A DNA stretch of 64,000 nt from the NCBI GenBank assembly GCA_965248055.1, contig CBDFIJ010000004.1, positions 3,008,001 to 3,072,000 of the forward strand. The letters run 5' to 3'. Source of the stretch: Candidatus Multivoradales bacterium (GTDB taxonomy: Bacteria > Acidobacteriota > Thermoanaerobaculia > Multivoradales > JAHEKO01). Made by a program: the position numbers and the translations under genes. Below the pieces are notes generated by a model. It did no database searches. It had not been told where the DNA came from and saw only the letters and a program-made list of their open reading frames with translations. Below, piece after piece: positions 10,408-20,251 of the stretch; within the stretch, counting starts at the first letter, position 1; every line of letters begins with the position of its first letter.

Positions 10408-11554
10408 GACGGTTGCATTCCCTTAATCGGCTACTAGTTGGACGACGCCGCAGAATATCTTCGATCCTCGCACGAAAGCGAGCCGGAGAAAACTGCTCGA
10501 CTCGCGCCATGCGATCCAAATAATTGGATCGCATTTGCAGCGCGCTGTCAATTGCCGCGACCCAAGCACTCAAGTCTTGGCTATCAACCAAGACCCCATC
10601 GACATCCGGTCGAACGATGTCGCACACGCCGCCTTCGCCAAAGGCAACCACCGGAGTGCCCGCTGCCAGGGCTTCCACACTGCTGATGCCGAAGTCCTCA
10701 ATGCCTGGTTGGAGGAAAGCTGATGCATGGCGCAGCAGCTCGACCAGTCTGTTTCTTGGTACGCGCCCCTCGAAGTGCACCGGGGCGGAAGACTGTGCTG
10801 CCTGTTGTTCGAGCCGTTGTCGTTCGGGACCATCGCCGATGATGCGCAGCGGTCGACCCGCGGCCTCAGCGATGTCAATGGCCAGGTCGAGTCGTTTGTA
10901 GGGAACCAGAGCCGCGACCGCCACCAAGTAGCCGCGGTCCAGCGCCTGCTCCAGCGAGCGGAGGTCTTGGCTGTGGACCGGGGGATGCACAACTTCCGAG
11001 TCAACCCCGTAGGCGTGGGCGATGCGTTTGGCGACAAAACATGAATTGGCAAGGTACATATCGACCCGTCCCGCAGTGGCGACGTCCCACGCTTGCAATC
11101 GGTCGAGGATCGCCTCGCGAGCACGGCCACGAAAACCACTCGAATTTGGGAAATAGACGCGGCGTTGATCCCACACGTAGCGCATCGGGGAGTTGCAGTA
11201 GCAAAGATGGTAGGTGTCTGCGGGGGTGCGGACGCCGCTGGCAACACTGTGACTTACCGAGATCACCAGGTCGTAGTCGCTGGTATCAAAACGACCGACA
11301 GCCCACGGGAACAAGGGCAGGTAATAGCGGTAGTGTTTCTCTAGTCCGGGCAGGCGTTGAATGGCAGAGCGAAAAATCGGACGTGATTCGATGGTCTCGC
11401 TGACCGAACCTGGGAAGTGGAACAGGGTGGCAATCGGCGCCTCGGGATAGACCTCAAGCAGTTGTTCTAGGACTTGCTCGCCGCCGCGCATCCCGGTCAA
11501 CCAGTCGTGGACCAAGAGTGTTCGCGCAGGGGTTCGGGGGGCGGAACCTGACAT
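10388..11554 (-). CDS. GT4-family glycosyltransferase
   Basis: HDWLTGMRGGE, YKRLDL, EDFGISSVEALAAGTPV. Confidence 0.93.
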   Translation of the reverse strand: MSGSAPRTPARTLLVHDWLTGMRGGEQVLEQLLEVYPEAPIATLFHFPGSVSETIESRPIFRSAIQRLPGLEKHYRYYLPLFPWAVGRFDTSDYDLVISVSHSVASGVRTPADTYHLCYCNSPMRYVWDQRRVYFPNSSGFRGRAREAILDRLQAWDVATAGRVDMYLANSCFVAKRIAHAYGVDSEVVHPPVHSQDLRSLEQALDRGYLVAVAALVPYKRLDLAIDIAEAAGRPLRIIGDGPERQRLEQQAAQSSAPVHFEGRVPRNRLVELLRHASAFLQPGIEDFGISSVEALAAGTPVVAFGEGGVCDIVRPDVDGVLVDSQDLSAWVAAIDSALQMRSNYLDRMARVEQFSPARFRARIEDILRRRPTSSRLRECNRLDPAKT

Positions 11555-11591
11555 GGTATTGAGTCTCGAAGGTGAGGGATTGAGGGAGTTG

Positions 11592-12728
11592 TTATGTCCC
11601 TGGAAAATAACCGTCTTCCAAGGTGGCTCGGTAGACCTCGAGTACCCGGTCTGCGGTTTGGTCCCAAGAGTATGACTGTGCTCTCTGTTTGCCCGCTTGC
11701 CGCAATCGTTCGCGTAAATCTTGATCGGTCAAGCAGCGGGTGATTTCTCTAGTCATCTGTTGCACGTTGAGAGGGTCGACCAAGCGCGCAGCCCCTTGAC
11801 CGATTTCCTTGAGCGCCGAAGTATTGGATGTGATTACTGGGATGCCGGAGGCCATGGCCTCGACCACTGGCAAGCCAAACCCTTCGTACAAGGTGGGGTA
11901 GAGAAATACTTCGGCGCCTTGGTAGAGAGCTGGCAGATCGTCATCCTCCACATAGCCAATGGTCTTGAAGCGGTCCTCAATACCCAGGCGCACGGCGGTG
12001 TGGCGGTTGTGTTCGTGCTGCTCGGAGTGGCCGCCTGCACAAACTAAATCGATATCGAGCTGCCCTTTTCCAACCGCTTCGGCAAACGCGGTCAGAATGT
12101 TAGGAAGGTTCTTGTGCGGTTTGGGGTTGCCGACAAACAGGGCGTAGGGTCGATCCAAGGAAAAACGCTGCTTCACCCGCGCGATCTCGGAAGGCTCTAC
12201 CGATTGATGGAAACGCTGCTCAATACCCGGATACACGACCTCGATTTTGGTCAGGTCGGTGTCGAAATGGGTGACCAGATCGGTGCGGGTCGAGACCGAG
12301 TCCGTGAGCACTCGATCGCTGCGATCCAGTGCGCGCGCAATCATCCGCTGGGCATAGAAAAAGGCGAAGCGGTTGGGCAGAAACTCCGGATACAGCAGAT
12401 GGATGATGTCGTGGATCGTGACCACCGACTTGCGCGGCACCCAGATAGGAAGGACGTAGTGGGTTGCGTGGTAGAGGTCGATGCGATGCCGCAGCAACTG
12501 CCAAGTGAGGGCGAACAGTTCGCGCGCCGAATAACCCGGGGAGCGCTCGATGACTGGATGGAAGTTATCCGGCAAATCGAAAAGCGCCGCCGCCCCCTCT
12601 TCGCCAACAAATAGAAAGTACTCATTCTCGCGATCTCTAGCAGCGAGCCCTCGGATCAAATGCTGAATATAGGTACCGATCCCGTAGTCGGTGAGTTTGC
12701 GAGCGTCTATGCCGATGCGATATGCCAC
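11592..12728 (-). CDS. GT4-family glycosyltransferase
   Basis: GIGTY, TIHD, PHKN, YEGFGLPVVEAMASG. Confidence 0.93.
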   Translation of the reverse strand: MAYRIGIDARKLTDYGIGTYIQHLIRGLAARDRENEYFLFVGEEGAAALFDLPDNFHPVIERSPGYSARELFALTWQLLRHRIDLYHATHYVLPIWVPRKSVVTIHDIIHLLYPEFLPNRFAFFYAQRMIARALDRSDRVLTDSVSTRTDLVTHFDTDLTKIEVVYPGIEQRFHQSVEPSEIARVKQRFSLDRPYALFVGNPKPHKNLPNILTAFAEAVGKGQLDIDLVCAGGHSEQHEHNRHTAVRLGIEDRFKTIGYVEDDDLPALYQGAEVFLYPTLYEGFGLPVVEAMASGIPVITSNTSALKEIGQGAARLVDPLNVQQMTREITRCLTDQDLRERLRQAGKQRAQSYSWDQTADRVLEVYRATLEDGYFPGT

Positions 12729-12766
12729 TTAGGTCTCCGACTTAGCTGTGCCAAGTCGAGCTGATT

Positions 12767-13921
12767 CTAGCTAGTCTCGGCGGCTGTTTCGCGGAATACC
12801 TCAAGGTGCTGGTCGACGCTGCGTGCCCAAGTGAACTTGCGGGACTGTTCCAAGCCTCTCTGTCCTAGGTCTTGGGCCAACGAGTGATTGGTCAAAATAC
12901 GACGAACCGCCGAACCAAGCTCAGTCCGATCCGTGGGGTCCACCAGAATACCGGCGTCAGCCACCACTTCCGGCAGACTCGACCGATTGCTGCTGATCAC
13001 CGGAACCCCACAGGCCATCGCTTCCAGTGCGGGAAAGCCGAATCCTTCATAGAGCGATGGGAAGACCAAGGTGGTCGCCGCTTGAAACGTAGCGACTTGC
13101 TCTGGGCGAGGCAAGGCGCCCAAATAGTGAAGTCCTCGGCCGCGCAGCTCATCCATTCGCTTCACGGTGCTTTGAGATTTCCATCCCACTGGGCCGACGA
13201 TGACCAAGGGAAGAGCTTGTCCTTGCTCAAACAAGGGCTGCCAGACATCGAGCACTGAATCCAAATTCTTCCTTGGCTCGATGGTGCCACCAAACAACAG
13301 ATAGCCATCTTCCAGTCCGAGTTGTTGCCGAGTTGCAGCAATTTGTTCGTCGGATGCTGGTTGAAACGCCGGGTCCACTCCATGAGCGATCACCCGAACC
13401 TTGCGTTTGAGCGCCGGATGGCGATCGATTAGATCACTGGCAGCGTGGGCGGAGGGGGTAATGATTCGCTTGGCAAGCCGTGCTGATCGAGCAAACAGAG
13501 GGCGAATGCTAGCGAGCACTTTAAGTCGATGGGACCCTGGGTAGATCCACGGAGTCATGTCGTGGACGGTAATCACGGATGGTACTCCTGGGTTCCACGG
13601 AAGGGTGAACACCGGGGACCAAAGGGCGTTGCACTGGTGCTTGGCGAGCTGTTGAGACAGCGTCGTTTGCTGCCACCACACCCCGGAAAACGACGACTCC
13701 ACCGACCGAGTGACCGCCAAGTCATCCGGCAGGCCGGACAAGGGGGCATGCGCCATCACCACCGACGTGACGTCGGACTTGTCCGCCAGCCCGCGTAACA
13801 CAGCGTTCAAGTAGACGCCGATGCCGCTCGGCTGGCCGACCACGGCCCGACCGTCGACCGCTAGATTGAGAGCAGTTGTCACGTGGGGATCATATGTCAG
13901 CCCACCGGCTTGCTTAGTCAC
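12767..13921 (-). CDS. GT4-family glycosyltransferase
   Basis: GIGVY, TVHD, EPRKN, YEGFGFPALEAMACG. The true start may be slightly downstream. Confidence 0.92.
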   Translation of the reverse strand: MTKQAGGLTYDPHVTTALNLAVDGRAVVGQPSGIGVYLNAVLRGLADKSDVTSVVMAHAPLSGLPDDLAVTRSVESSFSGVWWQQTTLSQQLAKHQCNALWSPVFTLPWNPGVPSVITVHDMTPWIYPGSHRLKVLASIRPLFARSARLAKRIITPSAHAASDLIDRHPALKRKVRVIAHGVDPAFQPASDEQIAATRQQLGLEDGYLLFGGTIEPRKNLDSVLDVWQPLFEQGQALPLVIVGPVGWKSQSTVKRMDELRGRGLHYLGALPRPEQVATFQAATTLVFPSLYEGFGFPALEAMACGVPVISSNRSSLPEVVADAGILVDPTDRTELGSAVRRILTNHSLAQDLGQRGLEQSRKFTWARSVDQHLEVFRETAAETS

Positions 13922-13976
13922 TAGCTGGTGCTAGAGTCGCTTTTGTTTACGGGCACAATGGCCCATCCTTCACGAG

Positions 13977-14393
13977 GTGGAAATGTCTGAGAATCCGCAA
14001 CAGCCATCGCTCAACGAGGAAAAGCGTGTTGCTGAAGCCATTGAGCGGATTCAAGCGGCAGCGCGTCAGCGAACGGCGGAGCTGTCTACGCTCGCTGATC
14101 GAGGCGAACACCGGAACTTGCGTCTCGTCGAGTTGCGTAATGCGGAATTTCTGCAGGAGCCCTTTCCGGTTTCTCCCCGCCCCGGGTTGGGTCGTTTGAT
14201 TGTGTTTGCGCGCAAGGCGATGTACCACCTGTTTATGAAGTGGCACACCCGGCCGGTGCTGATTCAACAGAATCGGTTTAATCGAGCGGCGACGGCGATG
14301 ATCGAGGATCTACTGCGCGATCAGAAACAGTTGGATACAGAACTGCGGGACTTACGCCGCATTCTGGCTGACCGCGATCGAAATCCTGAGTGA
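13977..14393 (+). CDS. Hypothetical coiled-coil protein associated with the glycosyltransferase cluster
   Basis: Helical/coiled-coil composition; stop overlaps the next start (GTGA). Confidence 0.7.
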   Translation: MEMSENPQQPSLNEEKRVAEAIERIQAAARQRTAELSTLADRGEHRNLRLVELRNAEFLQEPFPVSPRPGLGRLIVFARKAMYHLFMKWHTRPVLIQQNRFNRAATAMIEDLLRDQKQLDTELRDLRRILADRDRNPE

Positions 14394-15436
14394 GTGCCCG
14401 AATCGCCATTGCTGCCAGCCAAGTCCCTTTTTCCCGGGGTGGTGCCGAGCTTCTCGTTAGTTCTCTCGAAGAACGACTCAAGCAACGTGGGTTTGAAGTT
14501 GACGTACTCAGCGTTCCATTCGCCTGGCATACCCGGGAGCAGATCCTCACCAGTGCATTAACTTGGCGGCTGTTGGACCTTTCTGAGAGTGACGGTCGTC
14601 CCATTGACTTGGTGATCGGCACCAAGTTTCCTTCCTACATGGTCAAGCACCCCAACAAAGTGGTGTGGCTGGTCCACCAATTTCGACAGGCCTATGAACT
14701 GTTGGGTACTCGGTTTAGTGACTTTGGTGCGCTCGCTGAAGATCCAGAAGTGATCGAACGGATCCGTGAGATGGATCGTAGAGCGCTGGGTGAAGCGCGC
14801 CGCGTGTTCACCATCTCGCTAAACACGGCTGGACGCCTGGAACGATTTCTCGGCCTGCAGGGGGAGCCGTTGTATCCACCGCCAGCGATCGCGGATCTTC
14901 TCAAGCCCGGACCGCTGGGTGACTACGTTCTTTCGGTGGGGCGCCTCAACCCGATGAAGCGAACCGGTTTGTTGATCGAGGCGATCGCTGCGAGCCGTAG
15001 TGGTGCGAAGTGCGTAATCGTTGGCAGTGGGCCGCAAGAACAAGAACTGCGCAACAAGATCGATCAACTGCAGGTCGGTGATCGGGTCGATCTTCGTGGC
15101 GACGCGAGTGATGACGAGTTGGCGGAGCTTTACGCCAATGCCATGGCGGTGTATTACGCGCCTTATGATGAGGATTACGGCTACGTGACCATCGAGGCGA
15201 TGCTGAGCGGCAAGCCGGTCGTGACGATGGAAGATGCCGGCGGCGTATTGGAGTTTGTCGAGGATGGGGTCAATGGAGCGGTGGTGGCTGCCAACAACCA
15301 CCGTGCGATCGCACGCCAGATCGATGCTTGGCTCAACACCCCAGACGTGGTCGCTGAGCTGGGTGAGAACGGGCGCAGAACAGCAGAGAAGGTGACTTGG
15401 GACCGCGTCTTGGATCGACTGACTGAAACTCTCTAG
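14390..15436 (+). CDS. GT4-family glycosyltransferase
   Basis: GGAE, VGRLNPMKR, DEDYGYVTIEAMLSGKPV. Confidence 0.92.
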   Translation: MSARIAIAASQVPFSRGGAELLVSSLEERLKQRGFEVDVLSVPFAWHTREQILTSALTWRLLDLSESDGRPIDLVIGTKFPSYMVKHPNKVVWLVHQFRQAYELLGTRFSDFGALAEDPEVIERIREMDRRALGEARRVFTISLNTAGRLERFLGLQGEPLYPPPAIADLLKPGPLGDYVLSVGRLNPMKRTGLLIEAIAASRSGAKCVIVGSGPQEQELRNKIDQLQVGDRVDLRGDASDDELAELYANAMAVYYAPYDEDYGYVTIEAMLSGKPVVTMEDAGGVLEFVEDGVNGAVVAANNHRAIARQIDAWLNTPDVVAELGENGRRTAEKVTWDRVLDRLTETL

Positions 15437-15487
15437 ACTGATGAGAATGGCTCCACAGGTTCCAGTTCGGTAAGCAGGAACGGAAAG

Positions 15488-16852
15488 ATGAGCCGCTTAC
15501 GCCTAGCCTACCTGTCTCCGTTGCCGCCCCAGACAACCGGAATAGCCGACTACAGCTTGGAATTGCTGCCGCATCTGGCTGAGCATGTTGATGTGGAGGC
15601 CTTTGCGCCTTCCCCAGCAGACCCGATTGAGGATCTACCCTTGCATCGCCTGCGCGATTTCAAACCGGACATCTGTGATTTGGTGGTCTATCAAATCGGC
15701 AATAGCGAAGAACACCACGGAGCGATCTTTGATCTGTCGCTGCAACACCCCGGGGTCGTGGTGATGCACGAGTACATGCTTCACCACTTGATGCGCGGCC
15801 TCACCCTAGGCAAAGGGAAAACCGCAGCCTTCGGCGAAGAAATGCGCTATGCCTATGGCGAAACGGGGAGGCGAGCGGTGGAGCAGTTTGTCGATACCGG
15901 GGTGCCCGTCGATCCGTGGCCGTTCCCGCTGTTCGAGAGATTGGTCGATCATAGCCTCGGAGTGATCACACACAGCGACACGGTTCGCCAACGTATTTTG
16001 GCCTCTCGCCCTACAGCGGAGGTGTCGGTTGTACCTCACCATCTGTCGATTGAAGGCCTGGAGAGTCCCGATCAAGCGCGAAGTTGGTACGCCCAACACG
16101 ACATTCCCCGCGACGCCCAAGTCATTGGCGTGTTCGGTTTCGTGACGCCGCAAAAACGCATTGATGTGGTCATTGAAGCGTTCCGCGAAATTCGAGATCG
16201 TTATCCCAAAGCCTACCTAGTGGTCGTGGGAGCGATCTCCGGGTTCTATGACATTGACGATCTGCGCGCCGATGCTCCTGCGCGGGTGGTTTGGACCGGA
16301 AGGGTAGAAAAGGTTGATTTGCTGCGGGCGATGGCTGGGTGTGACTTGGCGGTTAATTTGCGTTTTCCCACTGGAGGCGAGACTTCGGGGACCGCGATTC
16401 GTTTGCTGGGTCTTGGAAAGCCTTTGATCGCCAGCGATATCGGTTGGTTCTCAGAAGTGCCCGATGGCTGCATCGCCCGCGTTCCCGTGGGGCGCGGTGA
16501 GTCGGAGTCCCTAGTCGCGACCCTGGTGGCATTGTTGGAAGACCGACAATTGGCCCAAGATATGGGAGACAACGCAAAAGCAAGAGTGGAGTTAGAGAAC
16601 TCCCTCACGGCTTCAGCTCGGGGTTACGCAGACATGCTGGAGCGCGTGTACACCAATGGCAAAGAGGCCTATCGACCTGTGCCCCCCTTAGCGTTAGGAG
16701 GCACTCAACAAGTGGGTCCGGGACATTTGGACTTGATGGCGAGGGCGGCATCTGACCTAGGTTGGCCGGAGGACGAGCCAGCGATGCGTTACTTGGCCGA
16801 GGTTGGTGTCGACTTGGGGCTCGATGCTGAGGTTACTCTCGGTTCTCGATGA
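15488..16852 (+). CDS. GT4-family glycosyltransferase
   Basis: SPLPPQTTGIADYS, GFVTPQKR, LRFPTGGETSG. Confidence 0.88.
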   Translation: MSRLRLAYLSPLPPQTTGIADYSLELLPHLAEHVDVEAFAPSPADPIEDLPLHRLRDFKPDICDLVVYQIGNSEEHHGAIFDLSLQHPGVVVMHEYMLHHLMRGLTLGKGKTAAFGEEMRYAYGETGRRAVEQFVDTGVPVDPWPFPLFERLVDHSLGVITHSDTVRQRILASRPTAEVSVVPHHLSIEGLESPDQARSWYAQHDIPRDAQVIGVFGFVTPQKRIDVVIEAFREIRDRYPKAYLVVVGAISGFYDIDDLRADAPARVVWTGRVEKVDLLRAMAGCDLAVNLRFPTGGETSGTAIRLLGLGKPLIASDIGWFSEVPDGCIARVPVGRGESESLVATLVALLEDRQLAQDMGDNAKARVELENSLTASARGYADMLERVYTNGKEAYRPVPPLALGGTQQVGPGHLDLMARAASDLGWPEDEPAMRYLAEVGVDLGLDAEVTLGSR

Positions 16853-18129
16853 GCGCAGGCGCCCAGTTAGATCGCCGGTCAGATCGTCAGACAGAGCGTC
16901 GACGGTGGGTGCGGACGCTGGTGGTTCTGACGGTCTTGACTCTGGCCGCTGCCGGGCACCTTTGGTTTCACTACTGGCCACGACCTCGGGCGTTGCAACC
17001 GAGTCAAGAGATGATGCGGTTGTGGTCGACACAAGAAGCCGAGCAAGCCCTTTGGCTGGCCTATCCGCACCAAAATTTGGGGGCGTTGGAAAAACTTGTC
17101 GGTAATCTGGAGACTTATCTGTCTGACCTGGGCGTGGCACTGGGCGGCGACACCTTGCCACTTCCCCGTTTCGGCCCTTTTCGATTCCCTCCGGCTAAGG
17201 AAATCGTCGTTGCGGAGGTGGATGGGTTGCCACGATGGCGTGGCGTGGCCGAGATCTACCCGATGGTGGCGATCGCGGCTCGTGGGGCAGGGAAACTGAC
17301 GGGGAATCCATGGCTGGGTGGCGGATCTATTGATGAAAATACCGAGGTTTCGTGGCAAGGCAATACATGGCGCTTCGGCACACTGAATGTTGGGCAGGTT
17401 GCTTCGGAGAGCAGTCGGGAAGTCATAGGCCGCTTGCGGCTGCAGCAAGACCTAGGGCGCTGGCCCCGCGGTGACTTCGACCTTTTGATCCAAGATCTCT
17501 TAATCCAAGACCTGCCGAATCAAAGTCGCCAAGACGACGCTCAAGAAGGTCGGTCAAACCGCGATCTCTGGCTGATCGCCCATGACGCGACTCCCACCCC
17601 AACCTTCGCCGCAATGGATTCGGCGAACTCTGACCTTGCGTTGCTGCCGTTGGTGGTTCGGGAAAACCAAGTTTCTGGGCAAAGGGCGCTGGCTTTTCTG
17701 AACGAAGGAGAGGGGGGGATTCCGGGCGTGGTTTCGTGCGCGCGCGGGTTGCAGCGTTGGCCGCTTCCCGGCGAGCGATTACTCTCGCGTTTGGGTTTGG
17801 AAATCGCTGAAGAGACGGTGGGCGACTGGTCGATCGCAGCCTACTTGCAAGAGGACCTGGTGCAGGCCCGTCGGCGTTTGACCGAAATCGTCGGAGATCC
17901 CGCTACCGCGTTGCCATCTGCCTCCAGCTTCTCGGCTCGCATCCAGGCTGGCCCGGTATCGCGAATCGCCGGGGGCCTAGCCCGTAACTTGGAGCAAATC
18001 CCGATTATTGGCAAACGCAAGGCTGAGTACTGGTGGAGCTTGTCTCGCTCCTTGGCACCGCTGGGCGAGAACGGTTTTCTAGAAGCGACCACCGGACCGG
18101 TTCCGATGCTGCGCATCCACTCCGACTGA
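16849..18129 (+). CDS. Hypothetical N-terminally anchored periplasmic protein
   Basis: 426-aa ORF with a single N-terminal TM; ATGA overlap with the previous gene. Confidence 0.7.
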   Translation: MSAGAQLDRRSDRQTERRRWVRTLVVLTVLTLAAAGHLWFHYWPRPRALQPSQEMMRLWSTQEAEQALWLAYPHQNLGALEKLVGNLETYLSDLGVALGGDTLPLPRFGPFRFPPAKEIVVAEVDGLPRWRGVAEIYPMVAIAARGAGKLTGNPWLGGGSIDENTEVSWQGNTWRFGTLNVGQVASESSREVIGRLRLQQDLGRWPRGDFDLLIQDLLIQDLPNQSRQDDAQEGRSNRDLWLIAHDATPTPTFAAMDSANSDLALLPLVVRENQVSGQRALAFLNEGEGGIPGVVSCARGLQRWPLPGERLLSRLGLEIAEETVGDWSIAAYLQEDLVQARRRLTEIVGDPATALPSASSFSARIQAGPVSRIAGGLARNLEQIPIIGKRKAEYWWSLSRSLAPLGENGFLEATTGPVPMLRIHSD

Positions 18130-18236
18130 CAGGGACACAAACTCGTGTTGTATTTGTAGGCGATTTGGTCGAGCTCTCCGGCCTTGCTAGATTTCCGTTT
18201 ATCCCAACTGGAGATGAGTATTGTGTCCCTACGGCA

Positions 18237-18265
18237 TTGACACTAACGGCTAGCTCCCGTAGCCT
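18237..18265 (+). promoter_or_regulatory. Sigma70-type promoter for the yceD-rpmF-plsX-fab operon
   Basis: TTGACA, 17-nt spacer, TAGCCT, about 32 nt before the yceD ATG. Confidence 0.6.
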
Positions 18266-18297
18266 TTTCTTTCGTTCTTTGGTGGGGGGCTCCACGT

Positions 18298-18807
18298 ATG
18301 AGGATCCAGCTAGAGCAGATCCAAGACCGGCCGTTCCACTGGCAAGAAGCGATTGAGTTGACTCCGGAAGCCTTAGAGCTCACCGAGGTTGTGGTTCCGA
18401 TAGTGGTGGATGTGGACGGTCAAGTGGCTCCCATTGACGGTGGTTTCCTGGTAACGATGGCGTTGGACGCCAGCTTGTTACTGCGTTGTGACCGTTGCTT
18501 GGACGATTTTTCGCGTCCCTTCAACAGTCGCTTTGAGTCGTTGATGGTGGTTGAACAAGACCAGCCGATTCCGGGCGAGTTTGAGTTGGAGGAGCAAGAT
18601 CTTGGAATGGTTCATCTGGAGGTTCCAGAGTTCGATTCCGGAACGTTGGTGTTTGATCAAGTGCAGTTGGCGATTCCCATGAGTCCTCGCTGCCGAGACG
18701 ATTGTGCAGGCCTCTGTGCCCAGTGCGGGAGTAATCAGAATCGAAAGCGGTGCGATTGCCAACCGCCGATGGATCCGCGCTGGCAGGCCTTGGCAGGAAA
18801 GTTTTAG
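18298..18807 (+). CDS. yceD: YceD/DUF177 family 23S rRNA accumulation protein
   Basis: CDRCL, LAIPMSPRCRDDCAGLCAQCG, DPRWQAL; directly upstream of rpmF. Confidence 0.92.
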   Translation: MRIQLEQIQDRPFHWQEAIELTPEALELTEVVVPIVVDVDGQVAPIDGGFLVTMALDASLLLRCDRCLDDFSRPFNSRFESLMVVEQDQPIPGEFELEEQDLGMVHLEVPEFDSGTLVFDQVQLAIPMSPRCRDDCAGLCAQCGSNQNRKRCDCQPPMDPRWQALAGKF

Positions 18808-18850
18808 AGTTCCTGCCTAAATTGATTGATAGAAACTAGGAGATTCTCCG

Positions 18851-19036
18851 ATGGCTAATCCGAAGCGTAGACATTCCTCGGCCCGACGGGATCGTCGTCG
18901 TACTCACGACGCGATCTCTAAGCCCGCAAGATCGACCTGTTCGCAATGTGGTGAGGTCAAGATGCCTCATCGTGCCTGTCCGTCCTGTGGCTACTACCGC
19001 GACCGCGAAGTCTTCGAACCCAAAGACAACGCATAG
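18851..19036 (+). CDS. rpmF: 50S ribosomal protein L32
   Basis: MANPKRRHSSARRDRRR, CSQC...HRACPSCGYY; RBS AGGAG. Confidence 0.97.
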   Translation: MANPKRRHSSARRDRRRTHDAISKPARSTCSQCGEVKMPHRACPSCGYYRDREVFEPKDNA

Positions 19037-19070
19037 AGCCTTTTTCTAGTTTCTCCGGTACCCCTCGGCG

Positions 19071-20165
19071 ATGAATCAGTCCGATTCAGAGTCTTCTGCT
19101 GTCCTTGCTGTCGAGTCGCCTCGGCAGGACGACGCCAAAGTTGTCTCGATCGCGGTCGACGCGATGGGCGGTGACTATGGCCCTGAAGTGATGGTGGCGG
19201 GAGCCCTACAGGCAGCGCGCAGCCAACCGATGAAGCTTAAGTTGGTGGGTCGAATCGACGATATTAACCGTTACCTCAAGACCAAGACCGACACGCAGAT
19301 CGAAGTAGTGGAGGCCACTGAAGTGGTGGGGATGGACGAACCGGCTGTGACCCCGGTGCGCCGCAAACCGGAATCTTCGGTGCGGGTGGCAGCAGAGTTG
19401 GTGCGCGCGGGAAAGGCCGACGGATTGGTCACCGCGGGGCATACCGGGGCGGCAATGATCAGCGCCAAGGTGGTGATCGGGATGGTTCCCGGAGTCGAGC
19501 GTCCGGCGTTGGCAACCGTGTTTCCGAACCGAGCTCACGGACGCACGGTGTTGTTGGACGTTGGCGCCAACGTCGACGTCAAACCGGCACAATTGCGCGA
19601 ATTTGCCATTATGGGGCACGTCTATGCACAGGAACTCTTGGGTTTGGCTGATCCCCGCGTGGGCTTATTGGCGATCGGCGAAGAAGAGAGCAAAGGCAAC
19701 GACCGCCATCGGCAGGGTTTTGAAGTGCTGCAGAACACCGGTTTGAACTTTGCTGGCAATGTTGAGGGGCATGCGGTGTTTGACGGTTCGGTAGACGTGG
19801 TGGTGTGTGATGGCTTCGTCGGTAACGCTATTTTGAAGGCCGCAGAGTCGATTGCTGAGACCATCGGTGGCATGTTGCGCGAAGAGTTCGAGTCCGGTTG
19901 GCGTACTAAGGCCGGCTTTGCCATGGCTCGCCCTGCGGTGCGTCGCCTGCGTGAGCGGTTGGACTATCGCGGCTACGGCGGTGCCCCCTTTCTCGGGGTT
20001 CGAGGCGCTTGCTTTGTCGCCCACGGGCGCTCCAATGCAACCGCGGTGAAAAACACCATTCTGCAGGCTGCGGAATTCTGTCGCGGCGACATTGCCGCGC
20101 GCATGGAGCGTGGGATCGCCGAACTGCATCGCCAAGAAGACCGATTGGCCGAGCAGGTTGGCTGA
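19071..20165 (+). CDS. plsX: Phosphate acyltransferase PlsX
   Basis: IAVDAMGGDYGP, LDVGANVD, IGEEESKG, CDGFVGN, HGRS. Confidence 0.97.
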   Translation: MNQSDSESSAVLAVESPRQDDAKVVSIAVDAMGGDYGPEVMVAGALQAARSQPMKLKLVGRIDDINRYLKTKTDTQIEVVEATEVVGMDEPAVTPVRRKPESSVRVAAELVRAGKADGLVTAGHTGAAMISAKVVIGMVPGVERPALATVFPNRAHGRTVLLDVGANVDVKPAQLREFAIMGHVYAQELLGLADPRVGLLAIGEEESKGNDRHRQGFEVLQNTGLNFAGNVEGHAVFDGSVDVVVCDGFVGNAILKAAESIAETIGGMLREEFESGWRTKAGFAMARPAVRRLRERLDYRGYGGAPFLGVRGACFVAHGRSNATAVKNTILQAAEFCRGDIAARMERGIAELHRQEDRLAEQVG

Positions 20166-20251
20166 GAGAGGGTCGTTGAAAGAGATCAACTGAAGAGAGT
20201 GTTTGAAAGAATACAAACGGTTTGCAGCGTCAAGCCCAGGAGGATTGCTGA

